Positions 10,021 to 22,750 of a stretch of 64,000 nt of DNA are shown piece after piece. A program made the translations under genes and the position numbers. Source of the stretch: an uncultured Alphaproteobacteria bacterium (lineage in GTDB: Bacteria; Pseudomonadota; Alphaproteobacteria; Sphingomonadales; Sphingomonadaceae); NCBI GenBank assembly GCA_963814305.1, contig CAWFCI010000028.1, positions 160,288 to 224,287 of the forward strand, read 5' to 3'. The notes beneath the pieces were generated by a model that saw only the letters and a program-made list of their open reading frames with translations, searched no databases and was not told the origin of the DNA. Within the stretch, counting starts at the first letter, position 1. Every line of letters begins with the position of its first letter.

Positions 10021-10926
10021 ATGTCTGATAGAAAGAGTGTTCCGGCTACTATTCCTGCCCTTGGGGGGGATGCCAGCCTTAATCGCTATTTGAGCGAGAT
10101 CCGTAAATTCCCCGTACTCAAGCCCGAGCAGGAATATATGCTCGCCAAGCGCTTTCAGGAGCATGGCGACACCAAAGCCGCCGAGCAATTGGTGACCTCG
10201 CACCTTCGTCTCGTATCGAAAATCGCAATGGGATATCGCGGCTATGGCTTGCCGGTTTCCGAGCTGATTTCCGAAGGCAATATCGGGCTGATGCAGGGCG
10301 TGAAGAAATTCGATCCCGACCGTGGCTTCCGCCTCGCGACCTACGCGATGTGGTGGATCCGCGCGTCGATGCAGGAATTCATCCTGCGGAGCTGGAGCCT
10401 TGTCAAGATCGGCACCACGGCGGCGCAGAAGAAGCTGTTCTTTAACCTTCGCCGTATGAAGAATAACCTGCAAGCCTTTGAAGATGGTGAACTAAACCAT
10501 GTTGCGGTGACGAAGATCGCAACCGACTTGGGCGTGTCGGAAGAAGAAGTTCACAATATGAACCGCCGCATGTCGATGGGCGGCGATAGCTCGCTGAACG
10601 TCGCGATGCGCGAAGACGGCGAGGGCCAGTGGCAGGATTGGCTGGTGGATGATACCCCGTTGCAGGACGAACGCGTTGCCGAAGCGCAGGAAGGCGACAT
10701 GCGCCATGCGATGCTTTCGGAAGCGCTTGATAGCCTGAACGAACGCGAGAAACATATCCTGACCGAGCGCCGCCTGATCGACGAGCCGAAGACGCTCGAA
10801 GAGTTGAGCCAGGTATACAGCGTTAGCCGCGAACGCGTGCGTCAGATCGAAGTGCGTGCGTTCGAAAAATTGCAAAAGGCTATGTTGCGGATTGCCGGTG
10901 ACAAGAGGCTGCTGCTCGCCAACTAA
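10021..10926 (+). CDS. rpoH: RNA polymerase sigma-32 factor
   Basis: RpoH box QKKLFFNLR; sigma70 regions 2 and 4. Confidence 0.97.
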   Translation: MSDRKSVPATIPALGGDASLNRYLSEIRKFPVLKPEQEYMLAKRFQEHGDTKAAEQLVTSHLRLVSKIAMGYRGYGLPVSELISEGNIGLMQGVKKFDPDRGFRLATYAMWWIRASMQEFILRSWSLVKIGTTAAQKKLFFNLRRMKNNLQAFEDGELNHVAVTKIATDLGVSEEEVHNMNRRMSMGGDSSLNVAMREDGEGQWQDWLVDDTPLQDERVAEAQEGDMRHAMLSEALDSLNEREKHILTERRLIDEPKTLEELSQVYSVSRERVRQIEVRAFEKLQKAMLRIAGDKRLLLAN

Positions 10927-10979
10927 TGGCAGTTGTAAAAATGGATGACGGGCGGATGACGCTGCGCTAGCTGTTGGGA

Positions 10980-11681
10980 ATGACCGAACAGAAGCGCTCG
11001 CCAATCGCCCGTTTCCTAGGCTTTACGTTCAAGTGGCTGTTTTATTTTGTGCTCGGCAGCATCGTTCTGACAGCCGTGTATGCCATCGTTCCGGTGCCGA
11101 CCACGATGACTATGCTGTTTGACCATAATGGCGCGACGCGCGACTGGACTCGGTTATCGAATATCTCGCCCAACCTCGTTCGTGCGGTCATCGCGGCGGA
11201 AGACGGCAAGTTCTGCAGCCATGATGGTTTCGACCGGGAAGCGATTGAAAAAGCATTAGAACGCAACAAAAGCGGCGGGCGGATGCGCGGCGGTTCGACG
11301 ATCAGCCAGCAGACCGCAAAGAATGTGTTCCTGTGGCAAGGCAGCGGCTGGACCCGCTATATCCGCAAGGTTCCCGAATTCTGGCTCACATTCCTGATCG
11401 AGAACATCTGGGGCAAGCGGCGGATTATGGAGGTCTACCTCAATGTGGCGGAAACCGGCATTGGCACCTATGGCGCAGAAGCCGGAGCGCAGCGTTATTA
11501 CAAGAAATCTGCCAAGAACCTGACCCGCAATGAAGCAGCCCGCCTGGCGGCGATCCTGCCACTGCCGAAAAAGCGCGCGGTCCACGGCGCAGGCGGCTTT
11601 ACCCGGCGCTATGGCAACAGCATCGCCGCCCGTATCGGCGTCGTGCAGCGCGACGGACTCGATAGCTGCATCTACAAATAA
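10980..11681 (+). CDS. mtgA: Monofunctional peptidoglycan transglycosylase
   Basis: AEDGKFCSHDGFD, GGSTISQQTAKN, RIMEVYLN. Confidence 0.93.
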   Translation: MTEQKRSPIARFLGFTFKWLFYFVLGSIVLTAVYAIVPVPTTMTMLFDHNGATRDWTRLSNISPNLVRAVIAAEDGKFCSHDGFDREAIEKALERNKSGGRMRGGSTISQQTAKNVFLWQGSGWTRYIRKVPEFWLTFLIENIWGKRRIMEVYLNVAETGIGTYGAEAGAQRYYKKSAKNLTRNEAARLAAILPLPKKRAVHGAGGFTRRYGNSIAARIGVVQRDGLDSCIYK

Positions 11682-11709
11682 AAAGGGCGGAGCCGAAGCC
11701 CCGCCCTTT
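11682..11709. terminator. Bidirectional intrinsic terminator
   Basis: AAAGGGCGG-AGCCGAAGCC-CCGCCCTTT between convergent genes. Confidence 0.8.
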
Positions 11710-11729
11710 AATTAACTTACCCGTATTTA

Positions 11730-14700
11730 TCAGAAGTCATAGCTGACACCGACCTTGATGCGCCACACCGACGACGATGTGTTGATGAAGTTGTCGGCAT
11801 CAAAATCGCGTACGCCTTCAGCATTCAGATTGTTGGCGGTAAAGCTCGAAATTACGTAACGGCCCTGCGGATCGATTGCGCTGACCGTCGCAATATCCTG
11901 ACGTCCCGCAAAATCGCGGCGACGTTGGATATTCCAGCCAAAATCAAGCATATTCAGGAAATTGTCGAAGCTGGCGAAAAGCTTCAACTTATCCTCACGT
12001 CCAAAAAGTCGACCTGGTCCAGGAATTTCCTGCGAGAAGGAAAGATCGAGATCATAATACCAGTCGTTCGAGCATGTGTTACGCTCGACGGTTTGTCCCA
12101 GAAATTTGCGTACGCATTTCAGCGAGTTGCCGAAATCCGAAAGCCCCTGTACCGCTGCCATGTTCGACGAAGGCGAGACATTTGGATCGGTCACCCCGGT
12201 TGGCAGGTAAACCAGCGCATTTTCGGTGCCCGAGACACTATCACCGAAGATGCTGCCCCCGCTGAAGGTTAAGCTGTAGGGGCGGCCCGAGCGCGCCACA
12301 AACGTAAAACCAAACTGCGTGTCAAAATCGCCAAAGAACTGCTCCTTAAAGCTTGTGTTCAAGGTGAAGTTGTGACGGCTGTTGTAAAAACCGCGCGACG
12401 CCGCGGGGTTTTGTCTGTCCGAGGCAGCCGACAAGTCATAGTTCGAACCAGCGGTCGAACTGTACATATTACGACGATCCTGGCTGTCGGAGAACGAGTA
12501 GCCCACGTTGAAGAAGGTCGAACCGCCTTCGGTAAAGATGCCGCCATCGAAATTCTTCGACAGGATAAACGAAGCCGTATGGCTGCGGAAGCTACCTGCA
12601 TTGGTCAACATCAGTTCATCGTCGCGACCTGTGGCAAAGCAGGGCGCGTTCACGCCGCTGTAAATTGGCGTTGGCGTGATGTCGGTCAAGCGTGCAGTAC
12701 AACCTACCGCGCTGGGGTCGATCGAGCGATAGATCGGACGTCCATCGATGGTAAAACCGCCAACACCTAATGCGCCGCCGCCCACGCCTGCTGCTACCGC
12801 AGGAACAGCGGCCAAATCAACAATCGTGAACGGGTTGCGATACTTCGAATAAATATAATCGAGCGTCAGATCCCAGCCACTGAAGAAGCCGGTTTCGGCA
12901 AAATTCAGCTGCGAAGAGAAACCGGCATTGAAGCGGACCACAGTGGGCTGCTTCAGGTCAGGATCAATTGACTGCGTATCGCCAAGACCGCGTGCAGCTT
13001 CATTGCTGCCCGCCGTGCGGATACACGCTGGAACGCCAGTAAAGGTGCCGCCGGTGACGACATCAACTGGCGTCGTTACAGGCAATGGGCAGCCCACTGA
13101 TCGGGTCGTGCCTTCGCCAACAGTGCTACCATCATTCTGGAACGCGTTACCAAACCACACGAGCGGATCGCCGCCCGAGAAGATGCCCGCACCGACGCGG
13201 AATTGCGCGCGGGAGAAAACGGCGAAATCATTCAGGTCATAAGTGAATGCTATGCGCGGCAATACGGTTACGCCAAGTTTGCTGAAACCGTTACCATTGC
13301 TAAAGCCATAGCGATTGATGAACAGCGGGTTCGCCTCTGGTGCGCCGCCATCATACCATTCGGCACGCACACCCGCCACCATTCCGAGCTGATCGGTAAC
13401 CTGCCAGTCATCCTGCGCAAAAATCGAATAGATGCTACGGTTGAACCGTGCTGCCGCGTCCGTCACGTCACCGGTTGCCGAGAAATTCCCGGCAGCACCA
13501 GCAGCAAGCCCACCGGCCAATTGCGCAGCGGTAGGGTTGGTATTTGTTCCTGTCGAAAGCAATCCAGCTTCCAGATCGGCAGCGTTGCGGAAGAACAGCG
13601 TGCCAGTCGCATTCTGCACAAAAAGGTTGAACAGGCTAGCGCGGTTAACTTCACCACCGAATTTGATGGTGTGATCACCAGCTTCGAGTTTACCAACTGC
13701 GCGATACTGTTCGATGGTAGTCTGCAAATCGTTTGCCGAACGGGAGAAGCCCGGCCCAGCCGACACACGACCAAAGGTACCATTAGAGTTGGCGATACCC
13801 ACCACGATCGCCGGAATTGGGCTATCCGACTGCGCTTCGCCGCCGCCTACAGGATCCTGCAAATCCTGAACTTCCGAACGCGAATAGCGGAACTCGGTCG
13901 AAAACACGTCGCTCCACTGCGAATAGAGACGCCCCGAGTAATAGTTCGATTCCGTGCCGCTTAGATAGAATGTGTTCAGTCCAGTAACGCGCGGGTTTGT
14001 TACGTTCGTGCTGAAATCGTCTGTCCGTGTGGTCGATTCCTCGAGCCGCTGATATGTAGCTTCCAAGCGGTGGTTGTCGTTTATTTGCCAGTCTGCACGG
14101 GCAAAATAGCGTTTATTCGTGAATGGGCGGCTCGTCACCAAGTCCCCTGTTTCGATCTTGTAGACGCGAGACAGGATTTCACTGATGCGGTTGAATTCAG
14201 CCACAGGAACACCTGCGAGGCTGTTTGGGTAGCCAGCGCCTGCCGGACCGTCATCCTGCGACTGGCCAGCCTTCTGGTTTTCATAGGCACCAAAAATGAA
14301 GAGCTTATCTTTGATGACCGGGCCACCGAGATAGACGCCCCATCGCTTGTCAGGCTGGATTGGCGCAACATTGCGGCTTAAACCCGAGAATTCATCGAAC
14401 ACGTCGTCGGCGCGCAAATCATTGTTCGACAGCTCGTAAAAAGCGCCGAATTTATAGTCATTGGTACCTGATTTGGTGACCACGTTGATAGCACAACCAG
14501 TGAACTGTCCGTAGTCCACGTCAAACGGCGCAAACTGCACCTGCGTTTCACGGATTGCGTCGTACGGCAAAGGCGTGGAGCTGCGCGACGAAAAACCAGT
14601 GTCATTCAGACCATAGACGTCGCCTTGGCTAATGCCATCGACGGTGAACGCATTGCCACGGTCGTTGCCGCCAAGGCAGGAAATACGGTCCTGACCCGAG

Positions 14701-15218
14701 CCGGTGTCATCGCGGTCGAGGCTGACACGTGGATCGATACGGATGATGTCACGCACGTCGCGGTTAAAGGTGGGAGCGTTTTCCAGAATTTCGGCTGTGA
14801 AGCTTTGACCCGGACCAACCGCAAGCTGCGTCACCCGAACGCGGGTTCCGGTCACGACGATTTCGCCGCTGCCGGAAGTCAATGTAAACGCCAGACTGGT
14901 ATTGCCCTGAAGGCTTGTTTCCAGATTTTCGATTGACTGGCCTTCAAAACCATCGGCACTAACAGTTACCGTATATGGACCGCCGGTAGTCAGGCCCGTA
15001 GCATTGAACGAACCGGTCGAGCCAGTCGAGATGGTGCGTGTGTTGCCCGTGCGCGTGTCAGTGACTTCAACGGTCGCACCGATCACAGGTGCGCCGGTAT
15101 CGTCGACAACAGTTCCTTCGATGCCGGAGGTAATCTGTTGGGCCGAAGCAGGCGTCGCAACAACGGTCGCAATCGACAGCGCAGCAGCGCTAGCGGCTAA
15201 ATAATAACGGATTTGCAT
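11730..15218 (-). CDS. Oar-like TonB-dependent receptor with N-terminal carboxypeptidase-regulatory-like domain
   Basis: Signal peptide, G.V.D..G.P..GA.V N-domain, plug INVVTKSGTN, C-terminal Phe (VSYDF). Confidence 0.9.
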   Translation of the reverse strand: MQIRYYLAASAAALSIATVVATPASAQQITSGIEGTVVDDTGAPVIGATVEVTDTRTGNTRTISTGSTGSFNATGLTTGGPYTVTVSADGFEGQSIENLETSLQGNTSLAFTLTSGSGEIVVTGTRVRVTQLAVGPGQSFTAEILENAPTFNRDVRDIIRIDPRVSLDRDDTGSGQDRISCLGGNDRGNAFTVDGISQGDVYGLNDTGFSSRSSTPLPYDAIRETQVQFAPFDVDYGQFTGCAINVVTKSGTNDYKFGAFYELSNNDLRADDVFDEFSGLSRNVAPIQPDKRWGVYLGGPVIKDKLFIFGAYENQKAGQSQDDGPAGAGYPNSLAGVPVAEFNRISEILSRVYKIETGDLVTSRPFTNKRYFARADWQINDNHRLEATYQRLEESTTRTDDFSTNVTNPRVTGLNTFYLSGTESNYYSGRLYSQWSDVFSTEFRYSRSEVQDLQDPVGGGEAQSDSPIPAIVVGIANSNGTFGRVSAGPGFSRSANDLQTTIEQYRAVGKLEAGDHTIKFGGEVNRASLFNLFVQNATGTLFFRNAADLEAGLLSTGTNTNPTAAQLAGGLAAGAAGNFSATGDVTDAAARFNRSIYSIFAQDDWQVTDQLGMVAGVRAEWYDGGAPEANPLFINRYGFSNGNGFSKLGVTVLPRIAFTYDLNDFAVFSRAQFRVGAGIFSGGDPLVWFGNAFQNDGSTVGEGTTRSVGCPLPVTTPVDVVTGGTFTGVPACIRTAGSNEAARGLGDTQSIDPDLKQPTVVRFNAGFSSQLNFAETGFFSGWDLTLDYIYSKYRNPFTIVDLAAVPAVAAGVGGGALGVGGFTIDGRPIYRSIDPSAVGCTARLTDITPTPIYSGVNAPCFATGRDDELMLTNAGSFRSHTASFILSKNFDGGIFTEGGSTFFNVGYSFSDSQDRRNMYSSTAGSNYDLSAASDRQNPAASRGFYNSRHNFTLNTSFKEQFFGDFDTQFGFTFVARSGRPYSLTFSGGSIFGDSVSGTENALVYLPTGVTDPNVSPSSNMAAVQGLSDFGNSLKCVRKFLGQTVERNTCSNDWYYDLDLSFSQEIPGPGRLFGREDKLKLFASFDNFLNMLDFGWNIQRRRDFAGRQDIATVSAIDPQGRYVISSFTANNLNAEGVRDFDADNFINTSSSVWRIKVGVSYDF

Positions 15219-15322
15219 GATGAAAGACCCCTTAAATGTCCAACGACCCACCTCAAATCTTCGCGTCCGTTGTTCGAATCGCGGTGGCGGGAGTGATCGT
15301 AGCGCCCCCTTGAAGCTGGAAA

Positions 15323-15340
15323 ATGTCAGTTAAATGACAG
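15323..15340 (-). promoter_or_regulatory. Pho box upstream of the TonB receptor
   Basis: CTGTCAT-TTAA-CTGACAT on minus strand versus consensus CTGTCAT-A(A/T)A(A/T)-CTGTCA(C/T). Confidence 0.75.
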
Positions 15341-15491
15341 CCGGGCCCCAAATCAGCAGTGATTCGGCCTTAGCGTTGTGGCGCATACAGGCAAAGTGCT
15401 GCGCTGCAGCAACTTGTGCACATCGCTGTGATTCGCGCTTTTTTTGGAAGCTGTTGCAGCGTTGCAACAGTGTTTTCAACAACGTCCGCGT

Positions 15492-16763
15492 TTACGCAGC
15501 GTCTTCCTTCTCGACCTTCGCCGATTTGGCATAGACCAGCACTGGCGTCTTGCGGCCCTCAACGACATCCTTGTCGATTACAACCTCGTCCACACCTTCA
15601 AAGGTCGGCAGGTCGAACATCGTGTCGAGCAGTATAGCCTCAAGGATAGAACGTAGCCCGCGCGCGCCGGTTTTGCGTTCAATAGCCTTCTTGGCAATGG
15701 CTTCCAGCGCATCCTCGGTGAAGCTAAGGCCCGCATCTTCCATTTCAAAAAGCTTGCGATACTGCTTAACCAAAGCGTTTTTGGGTTCTGACAAGATTTT
15801 AACCAAGGCCGCAATATCCAGATCTTCGAGCGTTGCTGTGACCGGCAAACGACCGACAAACTCTGGGATAAGGCCGTATTTGAGCAAATCTTCGGGCTCG
15901 ATCTGCTTCAGAACCTCGCCGGTGCGTCGCTCATCAGGGTCGGCGACGTGCGCGCCAAAGCCCATCGACTTGCCTTCGAGCCGGTTCGAAATGATCTTTT
16001 CAAGCCCGGAAAAAGCGCCGCCGCAAATGAACAGGATGTTCGTCGTATCGACCTGCAGAAATTCCTGCTGCGGATGCTTTCGTCCGCCTTGTGGAGGTAC
16101 CGAGGCGGTAGTGCCTTCCATCAGCTTCAAAAGCGCCTGCTGGACGCCCTCGCCGCTCACGTCGCGCGTGATCGACGGGTTTTCGGCCTTGCGGCTGATC
16201 TTGTCGATTTCGTCGATGTAGACAATACCGCGCTGCGCTTTTTCGACATTATAATCAGATGCCTGCAACAGCTTCAGGATGATGTTTTCGACGTCTTCGC
16301 CGACATAGCCAGCTTCGGTCAACGTCGTCGCATCGGCCATCGTGAACGGCACGTCGAAGGTCTTGGCCAGCGTCTGCGCAAGCAAGGTCTTGCCGCAACC
16401 GGTTGGACCGACGAGCAGGATGTTCGATTTGGCAAGCTCGACATCCGCGCCTTTCGCGCCGTGGTTGAGCCGTTTGTAATGGTTATGCACCGCGACCGAG
16501 AGCACCCGCTTCGCCTGCGGCTGACCGATAACATAATCGTCGAGTACGTCGCAGATTTCCTGCGGGGTCGGGACTTCGCCTTCCTTGCGTCCGGTCAGCG
16601 CGCCCTTGGTTTCCTCGCGGATGATGTCGTTGCAGAGCTCGACACACTCGTCGCAGATGAACACCGTCGGTCCGGCAATCAGCTTGCGAACCTCATGCTG
16701 CGATTTGCCGCAGAAGGAGCAATATAATGTGCTCTTGGTATCGGATCCGCTTAACTTCGTCAT
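15492..16763 (-). CDS. clpX: ATP-dependent Clp protease ATPase ClpX
   Basis: CSFCGKS zinc finger, [24 protein letters not shown]. Confidence 0.98.
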   Translation of the reverse strand: MTKLSGSDTKSTLYCSFCGKSQHEVRKLIAGPTVFICDECVELCNDIIREETKGALTGRKEGEVPTPQEICDVLDDYVIGQPQAKRVLSVAVHNHYKRLNHGAKGADVELAKSNILLVGPTGCGKTLLAQTLAKTFDVPFTMADATTLTEAGYVGEDVENIILKLLQASDYNVEKAQRGIVYIDEIDKISRKAENPSITRDVSGEGVQQALLKLMEGTTASVPPQGGRKHPQQEFLQVDTTNILFICGGAFSGLEKIISNRLEGKSMGFGAHVADPDERRTGEVLKQIEPEDLLKYGLIPEFVGRLPVTATLEDLDIAALVKILSEPKNALVKQYRKLFEMEDAGLSFTEDALEAIAKKAIERKTGARGLRSILEAILLDTMFDLPTFEGVDEVVIDKDVVEGRKTPVLVYAKSAKVEKEDAA

Positions 16764-16897
16764 AAATCGTCCTGCTTCCGCGCCATTACGGCGTGGCCTG
16801 TCATTGAACCGTCATCCTAAAGATGCGGTCCGTTTTGGCAATAGCCCAAAAAAGCCTGTGCCATGTTAGTAAAACTGGTGGATGAAAACCTAACGGC

Positions 16898-17530
16898 TCA
16901 GGCGCTTTCCGCTTCGGCATTGGCCGGACGCTTGTCAAAAACCTCGTCCACAATACCGAATGCCTTGGCTTCGTCGGCCTCAAGAAAGGTATCGCGGTCC
17001 ATTGCCTTCTCGATATCCTTCAACGGCCTGCCTGTATATTTGACATAAAGATCGTTCAACCGCTTGCGGATACGCAGTATTTCGTTCGCCTGGATCTGGA
17101 TATCCGACGCCATTCCGCGCGCGCCGCCCGAGGGTTGATGCACCATGATACGGCTGTTGGTCAGCGCAACGCGCATCCCGGGTTCACCTGCGGCAAGCAG
17201 AAAGCTGCCCATCGACGCGGCTTGGCCGATGCAGACCGTGCCAACCTTCGGGCGAATATACTGCATGGTATCGTGGATCGCCATGCCCGCGGTCACGACG
17301 CCGCCCGGCGAGTTGATGTACATCCAGATATCTTTTTTAGGATTGTCCGATTCCAGAAACAGCAACTGCGCGGTAATGATCGAAGCCATCCCGTCTTCGA
17401 CCTCACCCGTCACAAAAATGATACGTTCGCGCAGTAGCCTCGAGAAAATATCCCAGCTCCGCTCTCCGCGGTTCGATTGCTCGATAACGACGGGGACAAG
17501 GGCTTGAACCGGATCGAATGGAACGTGCAT
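16898..17530 (-). CDS. clpP: Clp protease proteolytic subunit
   Basis: YINSPGG, AASMG, MVHQP motifs. Confidence 0.98.
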   Translation of the reverse strand: MHVPFDPVQALVPVVIEQSNRGERSWDIFSRLLRERIIFVTGEVEDGMASIITAQLLFLESDNPKKDIWMYINSPGGVVTAGMAIHDTMQYIRPKVGTVCIGQAASMGSFLLAAGEPGMRVALTNSRIMVHQPSGGARGMASDIQIQANEILRIRKRLNDLYVKYTGRPLKDIEKAMDRDTFLEADEAKAFGIVDEVFDKRPANAEAESA

Positions 17531-17569
17531 GAAATACCTCTGATATGTTATGTTTTTGCGTTGGTGCCT

Positions 17570-17598
17570 ACATCGGCGCGACCTGACAAAGTTTCAAG
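17570..17598 (-). promoter_or_regulatory. Putative RpoH promoter of clpP
   Basis: CTTGAA-N16-CCGATGT on minus strand. Confidence 0.45.
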
Positions 17599-17743
17599 CA
17601 GGAAAAAGGTTAAGGTCTCGTTTGGCAAGCCGATTTTAAATTCGACAAAATCGATTAGTGTGTCTCGTTTCATTGCTTTGACCGATTTGGCCGCAAGTGC
17701 CATTCCTGTAACATCGACTCACACCCCATAAGAAGAGGAATGA

Positions 17744-19939
<2,196 letters not shown>

Positions 19940-19956
19940 GTCAGCCTCGCTCAAAC

Positions 19957-19992
19957 AAGAAAGGCCCCGGAAATTCCGGGGCCTTTTCTTTT
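19957..19992. terminator. Bidirectional terminator between katG and tig
   Basis: AAGAAAGGCCCCGG-AAATT-CCGGGGCCTTTTCTT. Confidence 0.85.
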
Positions 19993-20007
19993 GTCCGTAA
20001 CGGACGG

Positions 20008-21543
20008 TTATTTCTTCGCAGCAGGCTTTTTGGCTGGAGCCTTCTTGGCCGCTGGCTTGACCTCGGACTCTGATGCATCCTTCTTGGCAGCGGCCTTCTT
20101 TGCGGCAGGCTTGGCTTCCTTGGCTGGAGCTTCGTCCCCCTCGGCTTCGCTCGGGACAGGCTTTGCTGCCGCCTTTTTGGCAGGTGCCTTCTTCTTCGCC
20201 GCTGGCTTTGCATCGGGCTCAGCCTCTATCGCCGCTTCCAGCACTTCCTTGGTCACAGCCTTGTCGGTCACAGTCGCCTTTTCGAAAAGGAAGTCGACGA
20301 CCTTGTCTTCAAACGTCGGCGCGCGAAGCTGGGCTGCTGCCATTGGGTTTTCCTGCAAATATTGCACGAAACGCTGACGGTCCTCTGGGCGATATTGCTG
20401 GGCGGCTTGCTGCACCAGCATGTTCATTTCCTGCTGGCTGACTTCAACGCCATTTGCCTGACCAATCTCGGAAAGCAACAGGCCCAAACGCACGCGGCGG
20501 ACGGCGATGTCGCGATATTCTTCGCGCTCGGCTTCCATTTCCTTCTTGGCGGCTTCGGGATCGTCTTCACGAGCCGCTTCTTGCTCAAGTTGCGCCCAAA
20601 TCTGTTCGAACTCGGCTTCGACCATTGATGGCGGAACGTCGAAGTCATGGTCAGCGGCAAGCTGATCGAGCAACTGGCGCTTCATGTAGGTGCGGGTCAG
20701 GCCGTTATGTTCCTGTTCGACCTGAACCTTCATCAGCTCACGCAACTTGTCGATGCCTTCAAGACCGAACATCTTGGCAAGATTGTCGTCGGCTTTCGCT
20801 TCGACGGGTTTGCGGACTTCATTGACAACGATATCGAACGTCGCGGCCTTGCCTTTAAGGTTTTCAGCGTTGTAATCTTCAGGGAAGGTCACGTTGATGA
20901 GCTTCTCGTCATTGGCTTTCACACCGACCAACTGGTCTTCGAAACCGGGGATCAACTGGCCCGAGCCAAGCTCGACGGCCATGCCTTCACCCTTGCCGCC
21001 GTCGAACGGCACGCCGTCAACTTTGCCTTCGAAATCAATGACGACGCTGTCGCCCATCTTGGCTGCATATTTCTTGTCGGCCGCTTCAAAGCTCTTTTGC
21101 CCCGCAGCAAGCTTCAGGATCGATTCGTCGACCTGTGCGTCGCTGACGTCGACGGTCAGGCGCTCAAGCGTGATACCGTCAATCGCAGGCGCTGCAATCG
21201 CGGGCAGGATTTCGAGATGGAAATCGACCACGGCATCCTTGCCGGGCGCATAGTCGTTATCCAAATGCACGTGCGGCTGCGTTGCAGGACGAAGCCTGTT
21301 ATCGGCAATCGCCTTCTGCACGCCATCCTGGATCGAGCTGTTCAGCGCGTCCTGAAGCAGCGAATCCTTGTGCATTTTCTTGACCAGATTGGCCGGAACC
21401 TTGCCGGGACGGAAACCGGGCATCCGCACTTGCGGCGCGATTTTCTTCACCTCGGCATCGATGCGCGATTCGACGTCTTTCGCGGTAATCGTCATCCGAT
21501 ATGCGCGCTTCAGGCCTTCATTCTGTGTCTCGACGGTTTGCAT
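20008..21543 (-). CDS. tig: Trigger factor with Lys/Ala-rich C-terminal tail
   Basis: PGFRPGKVP ribosome-binding motif; FKBP domain IPGFEDQL. Confidence 0.97.
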   Translation of the reverse strand: MQTVETQNEGLKRAYRMTITAKDVESRIDAEVKKIAPQVRMPGFRPGKVPANLVKKMHKDSLLQDALNSSIQDGVQKAIADNRLRPATQPHVHLDNDYAPGKDAVVDFHLEILPAIAAPAIDGITLERLTVDVSDAQVDESILKLAAGQKSFEAADKKYAAKMGDSVVIDFEGKVDGVPFDGGKGEGMAVELGSGQLIPGFEDQLVGVKANDEKLINVTFPEDYNAENLKGKAATFDIVVNEVRKPVEAKADDNLAKMFGLEGIDKLRELMKVQVEQEHNGLTRTYMKRQLLDQLAADHDFDVPPSMVEAEFEQIWAQLEQEAAREDDPEAAKKEMEAEREEYRDIAVRRVRLGLLLSEIGQANGVEVSQQEMNMLVQQAAQQYRPEDRQRFVQYLQENPMAAAQLRAPTFEDKVVDFLFEKATVTDKAVTKEVLEAAIEAEPDAKPAAKKKAPAKKAAAKPVPSEAEGDEAPAKEAKPAAKKAAAKKDASESEVKPAAKKAPAKKPAAKK

Positions 21544-21641
21544 AATATCTTCTCTATCTGGCAGGCGGAGCAGTTGGCCTCACCTTAAACTGTTAAATGG
21601 CTTTGCAGGTTCAACGACAGCCGGCATTATAGCCTATTTCG

Positions 21642-21726
21642 TGGTGCGGGCGAAGGGACTCGAACCCCCACACCTTGCGATGCCAGAACCTAAATCTGGT
21701 GCGTCTACCAATTCCGCCACGCCCGC
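21642..21726 (-). tRNA. tRNA-Leu(TAG)
   Basis: GCGGGCGTGGCGGAATTGGTAGACGC...TTAGGT...GGTTCGAGTCCCTTCGCCCGCACCA; long variable arm. Confidence 0.97.
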
Positions 21727-21886
21727 TTACGAAAAGCTGCCGTTTCACAAACGACGGGAGCCTCTAGCGTTAAAGCCAAGGCGCGGCAAGGGGGAAGCGG
21801 CAGAGCATACCGGCGATTATATCCGCCGACTGTCCAGGCGTCACCTTGCGCCGAGTTTGGCACTCAGATGAGCCGCTTTTGACGCT

Positions 21887-22750
21887 CTATTTCTTTAGCG
21901 CCGCTGCGGCTTTAGCTTTCTCCGCCCGCTTCCTTGCCGCCTCAACACGTTCGGGCGGGTTCATCTTGGCCAACGCCGCCATCGCTTCCTCACGTGTCAT
22001 CGGCGGCCTGTTTTCAAGCGGTGGAAGGCTCGCAGCACGGTTGATCAGGTTCATGCATGAATTATCGAACCGATGATCGGGTACCAATATCGCGGTCGTA
22101 ACCGGCATTGCGCTCAATTCTTTTGGCAATGCCGGCGTCGATGAGGCAGGTTTTACGAACAGCGCTTCGCTCATGACGATGTTCATCATCGTACCAAATT
22201 CGACCAAATCCGGCGACAGTTTCGCATCCTTCAATTCGGGCGCCGCTGCCTCGCCATTTTCGCGCGCGGCGAGCAACGTTCCGATGTCGGTCACTTCACC
22301 CTGCTTGACGTCAAACGCGTAACTGCCAAGCGAAAGGCATGTGGAGCCGACATTGCCAATGATCCAGCGACCGGGATAAAAGCCCACCAGATACACGCCC
22401 GTCCCGTCGACATCGCCGAAGCTGCGCCCGACGTTCACCGCGACAGCACCGGTGCGCCAGAAATCGGGCGGTACGTCGTCAGGCGTCTTGAAATCGAAAA
22501 AGGCGTTTGTCGCCGGGTCGATTTGCGAAAATCCCACGCTGACCGACGGGTTTTTGCCCACAGGCTTGGGCCCGAGCCGCAGCAGAACATAGCCAAGCCG
22601 CGGATCGAGCTTTATCTTGCCGGGTTTTAGCGTGTCGAGCTTGATCTTCTGCACCTTGGCAACTTTGGGTGCTGCGGCTTTTGCTTCCGGCAGCGGCAAC
22701 ACGGAAGTGGCCAACGAGAGTGCGACGGCGAATTTAACGAGACGGCTCAT
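21887..22750 (-). CDS. Hypothetical exported protein
   Basis: Signal peptide (AKA/A); long ORF overlapping upstream gene by 4 nt. Confidence 0.75.
   Translation of the reverse strand: MSRLVKFAVALSLATSVLPLPEAKAAAPKVAKVQKIKLDTLKPGKIKLDPRLGYVLLRLGPKPVGKNPSVSVGFSQIDPATNAFFDFKTPDDVPPDFWRTGAVAVNVGRSFGDVDGTGVYLVGFYPGRWIIGNVGSTCLSLGSYAFDVKQGEVTDIGTLLAARENGEAAAPELKDAKLSPDLVEFGTMMNIVMSEALFVKPASSTPALPKELSAMPVTTAILVPDHRFDNSCMNLINRAASLPPLENRPPMTREEAMAALAKMNPPERVEAARKRAEKAKAAAALKK

Noticed and set aside
20647-21588. Long antisense ORFs (also 31787-32749, 23832-24773, 46586-47461, 6691-7476)
   Set aside because: Shadow frames of high-GC genes with no motifs
21642-21726. tRNA-Leu as an integration site
   Set aside because: Its 3' end abuts tig; no integrase or duplicated 3' end was seen
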